From: Macrostomum lignano
Taxonomy: Eukaryota
Direction of reading: 5' to 3'
Assembly (NCBI GenBank): GCA_002269645.1
Contig: NIVC01001176.1
Location: 186,001 to 250,000, forward strand
DNA length: 64,000 bases
The translations under genes and the position numbers were made by a program. The notes under the pieces are model-generated. The model was not told the DNA's origin. It worked only from the letters and a program-made list of their open reading frames with translations, and did not search any database. Positions 45,134-56,457 of the stretch are shown one piece after another. Numbering within the stretch: the first letter of the stretch is position 1; every line of letters begins with the position of its first letter.

Positions 45134-46668
45134 GAACTACCAAGAGGGGGGGGGAAATTCCCCCCCCTGACAATTTTTTTTGCTGCGCCGGAACGGAGCA
45201 ACGCAGGCACACGAAATTCAAGAACACGGGCTAACTTTTTGTTGCGCACCTTCTCAAACAAGAATCAAGTCGCCAGCCCTTCGGACCGTCGAGATATTCG
45301 ACGATTCTGCCAGAAGGTCGGATTTTTCCCATAAGTGCTAGTGTATTCAGTGCACCCCTGTGCGCCAATTAGCACTACGCCTCAGTGCAGCCTTGCCAAG
45401 TCTCCAAATTTCATCAGCACGTTGAACACATGTGTCTGCATCAGCTGTGACTTCGTTGGTCACTAGCCTTCACCCAAGTGGAGCTTCTGGACCCTCAACA
45501 GCTGTGGCACCAGGTGACTATGGACACTCTGATGCGGATTTCTCTAGTTTCGCCGATCAAGCCTCGACAGTGGGCAAGAATCAACCGCCAGACATTCTCA
45601 GCTAGTCTCTCAAGCATTCCGTCATCACCCCGACGCCGTCGGCACCTTCAACAGGTGGCACCAGGAGAGTAAGGACACCTGAGTGTGATTTTTCATCATG
45701 CTCTTAACATTTCTGAATCATTAAAAAAAACCGATTGAATTTACTGGCTTCTTAAAAGCATAACCCTTTCTGGATAAAAATTAAGTTCAATATTATAGTT
45801 GAATAAACTAAACAGCTTTTAGAATAAAATATGTATGTAGCTCGTATGCATAAAAGTATGTGTAATAATAATATAAATATACAGCAACATGCGTTCAAGC
45901 ATAACTACAGCAATGTCCGTGCTTTAAAAATTTTGAGAGCTTCAGAAATGTTCAGATGAAAAATCACGCTCAGGTGTCCTTACTCCCCTGGTGCCACCTG
46001 TTGAAGGTGCCGACGGCGTCGGGGTGATGACTGAATGCTTGACTGACTAGCTGAGGATGTCCAGCAGTTGAGGTTTGCCCATTATTGAAGCTTGATAAGA
46101 AAAACCTGACATATTTGCAACAGGATGTTCATAGTCACCTGTTGTAATCTGTTGAAGGAGCCGACGGCGTCGGGATGATGACGGAATGCTTGAGAGACTA
46201 GCTGAGAATGTCTGGCGGTTGATTCTTGCCCACTGTCGAGGCTTGATCGGCGAAACTAGAGAAATCCGCATCAGAGTGTCCATAGTCACCTGGTGCCACA
46301 GCTGTTGAGGGTCCAGAAGCTCCACTTGGGTTAAGGCTAGTGACCAACGAAGTCACAGCTGAGGCAGACACACGTGTTTAACGTGCTGATGAAATTTGGA
46401 GACTTGGCAAGGCTGCACTGAGGCGCAGTGCTAATTGGCGCATAGGGGTGCACTGAATACACTAGCACTTATGGGAAAAATCCGACCTTCTGGCAGAATC
46501 GTCGAATATCTCGACGGTCCGAAGGGCTGGCGACTTGATTCTTGTTTGAGAAGGTGCGCAACAAAAAGTTAGCCCGTGTTCTTGAATTTCGTGTGCCTGC
46601 GTTGCTCCGTTCCGGCGCAGCGAAAAAAATTGTCAGGGGGGAATTTCCCCCCCCCCTCTTGTTAGTTC
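45134..46668. mobile_element. Foldback element / large palindrome
   Basis: 45134-45697 is the near-identical reverse complement of 45955-46668 (right arm has an extra ~140-bp repeat unit); 257-bp AT-rich spacer. Confidence 0.88.
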
Positions 46669-47929
46669 TACTGTTAAATAACCTCAAAAAGACTCAGAAA
46701 TTTTTAACTTGGAGTGTTGTCAATTAAGCTCCAAGCCAAACATTGGCTACACAAAACTGAAAAAAATATTTGTACTCAATTGTGCGGCGCTATGACGGTC
46801 CTGCAGCCAGGATCCAGCTTCACCTGCATAAAATTCTTTTTACTTTTTAAAAAGTATTGTATTGTTTGTATTGTTTGTAATTTTCAATGTTCTTTTCTCG
46901 AAAATTAAAAAAATTGGGGTCTTGAATGACTCCTAATACGAAGGGCAGTATGGGGAGCAAGTATAACGCGCAGCAGGTGGCCTTTTTACTGCCTGTATCC
47001 TATTATTCTGAACTGGGTTTTGCTTGCAAGGGGGGATTGTGGCACGGTTAGACTTCTGCAATTTATTAAGATCTTTTCTTTTGTTCTTTGTGGGTGCCTG
47101 GTTCCTCTATTCTTGTAATGCAGAAATAGTTAGATCGAGAAAGAGTTTTTCAGCAACTTGGTTGATCGGTGTGGGGTTTTTTCTTTCTCGTTCTTTGTGG
47201 GTGCGCTGCAGTTGGAATTCCCGTAGTATACCCTACCATTTGGTTCGGTACCTTAGTATTTGATTTTTAATAGAAAAATAGGGTACGTGCGTAATACAAT
47301 TTCTGACGGGTACCTTATTACGTATTTTGCAATTAAAAAATGGGGTATGGACGTAATTTTCCATTACTACTCTCTATCAGTCGTGACTAAGGGGTAGCAG
47401 GCATCCAAGGTTACAAGGTAGCTGGCGTAAGAGGCCTTCAGAAGCCACCAAAAATGACCAGTTACAGTTGGGCTAGAACCAAATATTATCCTTGGGGTAG
47501 ACGCTAAGGCTGCATTATTATAAAATAATGTATAAGCATTACCAATCTATTTCAAATATCTAGGCATTGCAAGAGATGGCGCAAGACTAGCAAGAGCTCT
47601 AGCTAGCTATTGCCATCTAACTTTTATTCGCTAATTGATTTACCGATTATTGTGCTATTGCAATGCAGAGTTGCAAAAGGTTGATCCCAAATAAGAAAAG
47701 CATAACTCAAGAAAACGCAAAAGTGAGGAAGGAAGTCCGTTAGATAAATGGATGCAACTTATGACATGAGACCTGTACCAGCAGTATAGGCCTAGTTCAA
47801 ATTTGTGTGCAACATATGTAAGCAGTATCTTATTGACTACACAACTAAAATCGGTAGTCCTAAAATTAGGACACTTGGGAATAGGATAACATTTCTAATT
47901 CTACAGTAGTATAGGGCGAATGGGTCCCT

Positions 47930-48022
47930 GGACATTTCGGTGACAAGGCGTTTCGGTGACAGCCTTTTCGGTGACAATTTAGGACATTTCGGTGACAAAT
48001 TTAGACAATTCGGTGACACTTT
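47930..48022 (+). repeat. Five TTCGGTGACA motifs (subterminal repeats of a non-autonomous TE end)
   Basis: The motif recurs five times at 14-25-bp spacing; no matching opposite end seen. Confidence 0.6.
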
Positions 48023-48375
48023 TGAAAAATATAAGTCAATTGTCTGTAAGATAACATACTCATGAACAGGAGTTAGTACTTAAAACTCGTCATATTTTAT
48101 TGTTTTATGTTGATTTCGTCACTGACATACTGACTTTGTTATATCTATACACTTAATTGGGTCCTGCACTTGTTCAGATAAAAGGTCAGTCGGCCGAGGC
48201 GACACACGGCAAGCCGCTTATTTTACACACTGCGTCATTATGCGACATATTATACATTGATATACCTGTATCCAGGGCAACATGTAGCATATTTTTACTG
48301 CACGATTGATGCAAACAAAAGTTGTGGTTGTAAAAGTTGTTGTTGTCTATGATGATGACTATGGCTATGATCACG

Positions 48376-50308
48376 TTATGACGACGCGGGTTTACATGTA
48401 AATGGGCTACTAAAAAGCAAAGCAGCGGCATTTCCGCGATTTTCCTCCGGGGCGGGCCGAATACGGATACTCACCGAATACAGATTGGCAGCACTCTGAA
48501 GCTCCCCAGTCAGCTTTGTCTGCATTGGGGAGTCGGCCTTGATCGTTTGCCACGTATGCTTAGTAATGACCTTGACCTGCAGATCCGCGTAGACCTTGGC
48601 CACCACAAGCGCCCGAATTAAACAGCGCTTGTCTTTGTTGGCGATGACAACGTAATTGCGTCCCCCAATCGAATGGCGGGTCTGAATGTGCTTTTCCACC
48701 GCATCTAGGCTGCCGCAGCCGCCCCGTGGGACCCAGGCCTTGAGCAAAAACAATTTAAAGTTGTTGCCCAAGACACTGGAGTCCGACTGCAGAACCTTAT
48801 TAATATACTTGAATATTAACTCAGCTGTAAAGCGGGCGGCGCGGACCGGCGGGACATTGACGGTCAACATCATGTTGTCCGCCGTCAGCTTAGCTGAGAT
48901 GAAATCGTTTGCGTGCAAGTCACTGCAGAGTGCCGAAATTATATCCGCAAACGTGGTGCGAATATCGGTAGTATTTGTGAAGGCTACTTCATATTCGTAG
49001 CCTTTAGCTTTAAATTTAGGCAGGGTCTTTGCCCCGCCAAGGTGCGCAATGAAGCCTGAAAAAATGAGGGTTTTGAACTTAGAATTCCGAGAGGCGGCGG
49101 GTGAATGACTCATTAAATAAAATAAACTCCTTACCATCGCCTTCGACAGTGTCGGGCCGGGGCGGGGGTTGAAATTGAGCCAAATCTGCAATAAAAATGT
49201 GCATGGCGACTAAAATTCTGACCGCTTCGAATTTTTAAAACGGTCAAAAACTTTTGATTTATTGCCCTGCAGTAGCAGCAACTTATTCGCCCACCCCCAA
49301 GCAACAAAAATCGGCAAGTTGTAAAAACCCCAACTCGCAAAAAAAACAAAAGGAATGTGGGGTTGATTGACCCCGCTTTGAATTTTAGGCTGTCAAAAAT
49401 GTTTGATGACCCTCTTGATGACACAGATCCTGCTGCAGCAGCCATTGTAAAATTTAAGAAAACCCCCTATCAGCACCTGTCTCTATTGTTTCGTACCCCT
49501 CCTTGACAGATAGCAACGATACCACGCGGCCGCTTTTGGATTTTTAAAGCTGTCATAAATGTCTGATTAATAACCCTCACTGTAGCAGCCAAGTTTTATT
49601 GCTGCCAAACCCCTACTATTAATTGCAGCGGTGATTACATCATCATGCTGAGCCCAGAAAATCGGGGTTGATTTTTTTACTGCCAGAAAGCCTGCATGCT
49701 CGCTGAGTCACGTTTGCGCCAGCCACCGCAGGATTGCTGTTTTTGCTTCTCTCTCTCTCTCTCTCTCTCTAGTTCAAGGATTAGTCATATACTGCCCCTG
49801 GAATTTTTTGACTATCCTCTACAGGCATTATCCAACTATACGATTTCTATACTGCGGATATTCTCCAAAACTCTGTTATTTCAATGGGACTGAATTGAGA
49901 AATCCAGATAAATCTAAAGCAAAAGCAGTTTCTTCCCTTTACTTCAATACGATATCTATGTCAGGAGGACGGCCTGACTTCAGAAATTTTAAGCCAAAAG
50001 GAATGTTAAAGATGAAAAGCAGTGGTTTCAAAGAAAGCCCATATTTCAATAAGCGTGAAGTTTGCAAATCACATAAATGCTAAAGCTGAAAAGCAGTTAT
50101 ACAGCCCTATTTTTCTGAATTTAGAGTTTGCGAATGCTTAGGATGAAAAGCATAGTTTAACACGCAGAGACTTGCAACAAGACTCACCTAGCTGTCGTCC
50201 CCTCTTTGCGGCCGGAGGCTGAGACTGCTGCTGCTGCTGCTGTGAGGGGCCTGCTCGCCCCCACAAAGCTGAAATAGCGGCTTCAGCGGCTGGGCGTTTT
50301 GATGCCAT
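48376..50308 (-). CDS. Spliced gene encoding the N-terminal (terminal-protein/OTU-like) region of a second pPolB type (exons 50308-50188, 49185-49135, 49055-~48475)
   Basis: Exon 3: VPPVRAARFTAELIFKYINKVLQSD..PRGG..IANKDKRCLIRALVVAK..W..I......Q..L; canonical GT-AG sites, both junctions phase 1; no polymerase core downstream. Confidence 0.62.
49366..49915 (+). repeat. Dispersed direct repeat of 36525-37050
   Basis: Shared from ATTGACCCCGCTTTGAATTTTAGGCTGTC to GAATTGAGAAATCCA with substitutions and indels. Confidence 0.9.
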
Positions 50309-50500
50309 TCTTTGCTTCTGCTTCTTCTTCTGCGGCTGCTGCTGCTGCGATTGCGGCTGATGCTGCTGTGATTGCGGCTGTGACTGCTGATGCCGATACT
50401 CCTGCAATTTCCTTTATGTACCCCTGTAGGAAGGGATGCCGCAAACAGAATGCGCGCGGTGTGCATTATTTCTCTTTCCCCTGTACTGCATTTGCAAATT

Positions 50501-50554
50501 AGTGTACGATTGTACACTCAGACCCCAACTTGGTATAGAAAAGTTGGGGTCTGA
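50501..50554. promoter_or_regulatory. Palindrome plus hairpin of the putative bidirectional promoter (copy 2)
   Basis: Hairpin identical to 37241-37277; one mismatch in the palindrome; 50335-50810 is homologous to 37075-37530. Confidence 0.6.
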
Positions 50555-51391
50555 AAATACCCCATCATTTTCGTTCTCGCACAGATTGTAATTGGATCTG
50601 TGTATCTAGCCAACCGGTAGTGCTGTAGGAACGAAAAATGCAGACTGCAGTCTCACCTCCTCAGAGTACAGTCGCTTTCGCGGGTATATAAAGGACCAAG
50701 CTGGAGTTGAAATTTTTCAGAATTCTCGCTCTGACACTCTCAGCATCAGCAGCAGCATCAGTCGCTCTCTTTCTCTGTGAAACTCTGTTAAAATGTATAT
50801 TCCACTTGTTGATGAAATATTTATATGTCTATTTCAAATATCAATGTGAGAGCCAAATAACTGAGGCGGCGGATTCAACTGACTTCTCCTGATGATGCAA
50901 AACACTTGATGGTAACTTACAGACCGTTGTATTTGATGGTCACAATCTCGAGATGTTATCTTACAAAATATAATGTCTAAGATGGAATTCCAAATAAGAA
51001 GCTCGTTTTGTTCGAGTTCCAAGGGGTTTCCAAGTTTTCGGGTGAACCGAAGGTTCAGACTATTGTGGAACGTGGGTTGGTTGTTGTTTTGGTTTTAGTG
51101 AGTTAATTTATCAGTTTTAGTATTTGGGTTGAGACCCTAACTGTGTCAATCAAAAGTAGTCAGAGTAGGTATGTTAGAAATAGCGAGAAGAGAGAAGAGA
51201 GGCGAGGCAAGGCGAGCTCCTTGCTTGGTTAACATGGGCTTTTATAGTACTTTTCAGTCTTGATCGCATTGGATAGTACATAGCTGCTTTTCATTGGTTG
51301 AGGTTGGGGTCGTGTCCCCAGCTTTTGCTAGTTGGAGCGCATTCATTGGTTAAAATACATTCAATCTGGATGGGAACTTTCTAGAGCCAAA

Positions 51392-51955
51392 ATGTGTCAC
51401 TTCATTGAAAATTACGTGGTGCGCAAGCCCACATTCGATACTGATCGAGAACTGATTAAGATTCGGCGTTTCTACACCGACAAGAAAGGCAACTACAAGC
51501 TCGGTTTCCCCGGCGTGTTTCTGACTCGCATCGAGTGGCAGCATCTTAAGTGGGCGCGCTGGATTATTGAGTCTCTGCGGATCCGTGACTACTCTCGTCA
51601 TGAACGGTTTCAGCTGGGCGAGAGTGGTCGCAAGATTCTGGAAGTGAAAAACAACCAGATTTGGCTGCATCGCAACAACCCGGCCGACTCCGACAACGGA
51701 TGCTGCGATGAGGGCGAGCGCTGGAAATACTCAATCAAGTTGAGCATTAAATTGTGGACTGCTCTAATGGATGCTGACGTTGATTCGCTGTTTGTCTCGC
51801 AGTCGCCGCCACCGCTGCCAAGACGACGGCTTCAGAGCCAGCATCGTGGTTCAACGGCAGCAGCAGCAACAGCAATGATGATGACGGTGAGGGTAGCCGC
51901 CGCCGCCACAGTGCTGACACCCCGCCGCCGATTGAACTGCAGCCGCCGCCGGTGA
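51392..51955 (+). CDS. PC4/Sub1-like ssDNA-binding-fold protein (probably tandem domains) with low-complexity tail
   Basis: IKIRRFYTDKKGNYKLGFPGVFLTRIEWQHLK aligns gaplessly, 12/32 identical, with human PC4 [32 protein letters not shown] (from memory); a second weaker repeat FQLGE..RKILEV....W..SIKL..KLW. Confidence 0.65.
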   Translation: MCHFIENYVVRKPTFDTDRELIKIRRFYTDKKGNYKLGFPGVFLTRIEWQHLKWARWIIESLRIRDYSRHERFQLGESGRKILEVKNNQIWLHRNNPADSDNGCCDEGERWKYSIKLSIKLWTALMDADVDSLFVSQSPPPLPRRRLQSQHRGSTAAAATAMMMTVRVAAAATVLTPRRRLNCSRRR

Positions 51956-52087
51956 AGAAGCTTCCCACTACTACGGCTGGCAGCGAAGGCGACGGCAGCA
52001 GCAACAACGGCAGCTACAAGTGGTGGTACTCGTTTCCTAAGGACTCGACTGAGGAATTCCAAGCTATGCCTGGGAGGCGGGGCGCAT

Positions 52088-52278
52088 ATATTGGTTAAAC
52101 TAAAGGGGAACGGATAAGGCTTGCTACTCCTACGCGACTCTGTCAATTCCACCATTCCCGAACCGCGACTGCTCGACAACCCATATTGGTTAAACTAAAG
52201 GGGAACGGATAAGGCTTGCTACTCCTACGCGACTCTGTCAATTCAACCATTCCCGAACCGCGACTGCTCGGCAACCCA
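52088..52278 (+). repeat. 95-bp tandem duplication
   Basis: ATATTGGTTAAACTAAAGGGGAACGG at 52088 and 52183. Confidence 0.9.
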
Positions 52279-55200
52279 TTATGGCTATGCAAGCCCAACT
52301 CGAAAGGACGAGGAAGACGGCGGATCAATGGTGGTGGCTCTGTCGGCGGTTGTGGGAACTCGAGTTGCTGCTGGAGGACGGCTGGCCCCGTGACACGAAG
52401 CGGGGTGCTCGGCGGGGTTCACGGCTCCTGTCAGCGTTCAGACGGCTAATCACATCCGTCCGCAAGTGGTGTGAGCGCCGCCTCTAATGGTGGCAGGAAC
52501 TCCGGCAAGTCGAGGAGGAAATTGTAGCGGGACGTCGCTGGGGCAATTTTATTCTAGTTTACTGTAATTAGGGGGCAACTGACTAAAGGTAGGGCTGACT
52601 TGAGTTTAATTTTCCTTTTTTGTAATTTTCTGTATAGTTCTTTTTGTAAATATGCTAGCTATGGCTGAATGATTTATTAGTGTATATATTATTGTTGCAA
52701 AAACCCTTTTTGTGTGTGAATGTTTATAAAATACATAACTTAAACTAACCCGTTCAACTTTTTAAATCAACGCAGGCTGCTTTAAGAAAAGGGGGAAATA
52801 TGGGCAGAGTTCTATTTTATTAAGGTAGGTGTAGTTCATAGCAGGTGTATGCCATTATATGAAAATCAAAATTCTTGTTTTTTAACTTGACACCACTGTA
52901 AAATTAAATAATTTTTATACTAAGCCTAAAGTTATTTTATATATCAAATTTGTAAGAGTATTTAGCTTTTAAAGTCTAACTAAAAGCTATAAAAGTTTTA
53001 TTACTAAACTTGAAGATATCTGCGATAGCTAAAAACTATTTTTCTTAATTTTCATTTTGCTTTTTTTATAAATTACATTTATACCATTTTTTTATTTTTG
53101 CTTGCAAAGAGTTTGCATACATGGTAGCCATTCAAAATAGTTTAGAATTGCATGCTATATATCTTATATATACAGCAAGTCATATACTATTTAAATTAAT
53201 ATTAAGATTAACAAAAAAATAGCAATAAATTAAGATTAAAGTTGGCATACACAATATTTATGGGATAAAACATTATATAACAAAATAAAAAGAATACTTT
53301 ATAATTAGGTTTAGTTAATAGCAATCTGTGTATTGAGAGAAAGGGTCGAATTCATTAAGCCTAACTGCAGCCAACTGCTGGCTGCCATGCATATAATTAA
53401 AACATTAGGTAGATGCTGCTATGTATATAGGCTCTCCATTTTGCTTAAATATTTTTAAAAGAGCTCATTGTTGGTTGATATTTATTTGTATGGCAGTATT
53501 AGGCTTGAACTTGGCTATTTGTTGAATGCTAGCTATGTACAGTCATTATTAAACCTGAAACTTTAAAATTCTAAATGAGTATATGCCATGTATATATCAA
53601 GATAATCAGTGAGGGCAAAAATATAGTAGAATTGTCTAACATAAGAGCCACCTTGTAGACAATGGTATATACCCTATTAGAAAGCTAGAATGAATAGTGA
53701 ATAGTGAGGTGAAATGCCTCAGTTAGCTAGTGTGGTATGCCAACACCCCAACTCAGCTAGACAGAGGTTGGCGGGGGGGGGGGTTTCCAGTGCAGCTACA
53801 TTGGTGCTGCCAGTCATGTAGTCTGGCCACCACAATAGGCAACTAGATACAAATTAATAGCTTATTGATATGAAAAATTAGTCTTAAAAAGACTGTCTAT
53901 ATTTTTATATCTATTTTGTGTAAAAAATAATTCTTTTTAAACTACCTCTTTAAAAAAGAAAAGTAAGTCCTTTCGTACAATACTTCCCCCAAAAAAGATA
54001 GAATCCAACCTATTTACTTCTATTGATATAGACATAGAAATATAGATATAGACATATTGAGCTTTCACTGCAAGAAAAATACACAAATTAGATAGGGAAA
54101 ATACAGTTTTTTGAATATTTAATCACTTTAGCAATAAGCTAGAGCTCATTAAAATAGCCCAAAGCCATCCTTGGAAAATTTGCACTTCTCCCATATAAGT
54201 CTAGGCATACTATATAAATTGTTTCTTGATAGCCTGTCTTTAAATTTAATTATGAAAGTAGATTATAGAATATTTACTAACAAAACAAATGTCAAAATGG
54301 GTATATACTTTGTAAATACATACAGAAACAAATGCTGGCCAAACTAGCTAATTTAGCCATTGTAAATTATAGTATACCAAGGATAAATTTCAAAATAAAG
54401 TTTAGCAAAAAACAAAAAAGTCAAAAAGCAAGAAAGGTAAAAGCAAAATAAAAGATAAAAGTGGCATTAAGAAATTAACATGATATAGTACAACAAAGTG
54501 AGAAGCAAAAATAGAAAATACATTTTAAAAGAAGCAAACTAAGTAGCATAAGAGATTTTGTAAGTTGCAAAAAGCAAACAAAGTCATAAAATAAAGCTGC
54601 ATTTTTATTAATACTAAGTAAGATAGCCTGTGAATTGTTAGAGGTTGCACATGTATGCTTGTAAATTCAATAATCCTATTCCATAGTCAAAAAGATGGCT
54701 TTCTTTATAAAAAATTCTTGCACAAAAAGGGTTTGGACATAAGCTATACTGGCACATTCTGATACAATAATAGGCAAAGAAGAAAAATCTGGCACAAAAT
54801 AATGCAAGAAAAAAGTTTCCATTGTACAGTGCAAGCAAAATTTAATTAGGATTTTTTCAACAACAATGTGCCATGCTCCTGACTATGGCAGAGACAAAAT
54901 CAATTAAAACAATAAATTTCTAAAGTAGGTTGCTACTTAGTCAACTATAATTAGTAATATGTTTATACAAAATAAATCAAGTATTGTGCTATGTTAGTGT
55001 ACTGAATTTTTAACCCATTATGATGCAAAATAGTTTAATCCCAAGATTTAAAGTCTAGAAATTTATAAGCTATTTACTGCTAAAGTCTTGTTTAGTGTGG
55101 CATCATTTTATCAAATGAAACATATTAGTAAGCATATATAGGCCCAAGCATAAACCTTATATGTACTTGATAAACAAAGGATTATTGCACCTAATATGCA

Positions 55201-56190
55201 AAGAATTTATAGACTCCACGCAGCTTGGAGTTTATCAAACATGGGTAAACTGCTACTATTGCTGATGTTAGCATTCCCTTCTCAGTCGGTGAGGTTAGAA
55301 TTGATGGACTGGTTGATCGCATGTGTTTCCTGAGTCTCCTCAGCCTGCTGGCTGCAACTGCTTAGTCTATCCAGGCAGTCAGTCAGTTGGCCAAATTTGG
55401 CTAAATCCACATAGTCGTCAGATAGTTTTGCCAAATTTTGCCAAATTTGCCATTAGTTTGGCCAAATTTGGCTAAATCCACATAGTTGTCAAATAGTTTT
55501 GTGCGCAGATCTCTGTTAGCGCACAACAATGTGTGCCTGCCTGCCCAACCCATTTGGTCAGCAATAGCAAATTTGCCAGCAACATCATTGGCTTTTGCAC
55601 CTTATAGTTAACAAAAAGAACTTTAAAAAGTCCAATCAGGGAATCAGTGCCCTAAGTCACTGAGCCGGTCTCTGACCTCAGTGCCAAATCAAGGAATCAG
55701 TGACCCAAGTCACTGAGCCGGTCTCTGAGCTCGGTTTCAATAATAACCTTAGAGAACAACTCACAGAAGCAGTGACAATTTAGGTCATTCATTCAAACTA
55801 CTGGGCTAAAAAACTCGGCTATATTTTGCAGTCATCTGGAATATTGCATTCGATCTGAAAATTTTAAACGGAGTTTGAATACTCGTAAATAAAGCATTTA
55901 CAGAAATTCAATTAGCTTGTATTTAGTTTTTTAAAAACAAAGAAGCAAACGGATTGTTCGGGTTCTTCTCGATAGCCACAGTCACGTGCATTCTCATCGA
56001 GCCTTGGTGAAGTAGCACCTCGGCAGCCTCTCTATGATCTCAACAGCCAAGTTGTACAAGTCCATGTCGAAGCTGGAGCTCTGCGAGTCGGAGAACACCG
56101 TGGCCGACTCTGTGACTCGGATCTGCGGACTGTGGGGCAGAGGCGACAGGGGCTGATGAACTGGCTAAGCTGGGATAGATGGGCTTATGG

Positions 56191-56457
56191 GATCTGGGAG
56201 GCTGGCCCAGCAACTGAGGATCTAGGAGGCTGGCCCAGCAACTGAGGATCTGGGAGGCTGGCCCAGCAACTGAGGATCTAGGAGGCTGGCCCAGCAACTG
56301 AGGATCTGGGAGGCTGGCCTAGTAACTGAGGATCTAGGAGGCTGGCCCAGCAACTGAGGATCTGGGAGGCTGGCCTAGCAACTGAGGATCTGAGAGGCTG
56401 GCCCAGCAACTGAGGATCTGCGAAGCTGGCCCAGCAACTGAGGATCTGGGAGGCTGT
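56191..56457 (+). repeat. 28-bp minisatellite (~9.5 copies)
   Basis: GATCTGGGAGGCTGGCCCAGCAACTGAG head-to-tail, no spacers. Confidence 0.95.

Noticed and set aside
48186-48431. ORF as a fourth exon of the pPolB-like gene
   Set aside because: The nearest acceptor gives an immediate stop in the required phase; similarity to the pPolB Cys-rich region is too weak to support.
52600-55250. Long AT-rich stretch as a gene or RNA locus
   Set aside because: No credible ORF, repeat structure or RNA-gene signature recognisable by eye.
56191-56457. 28-bp repeat array as a CRISPR
   Set aside because: Units are head-to-tail with no unique spacers, there are no cas genes, and the context is eukaryotic. 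The same applies to the 52-bp and 65-bp arrays.
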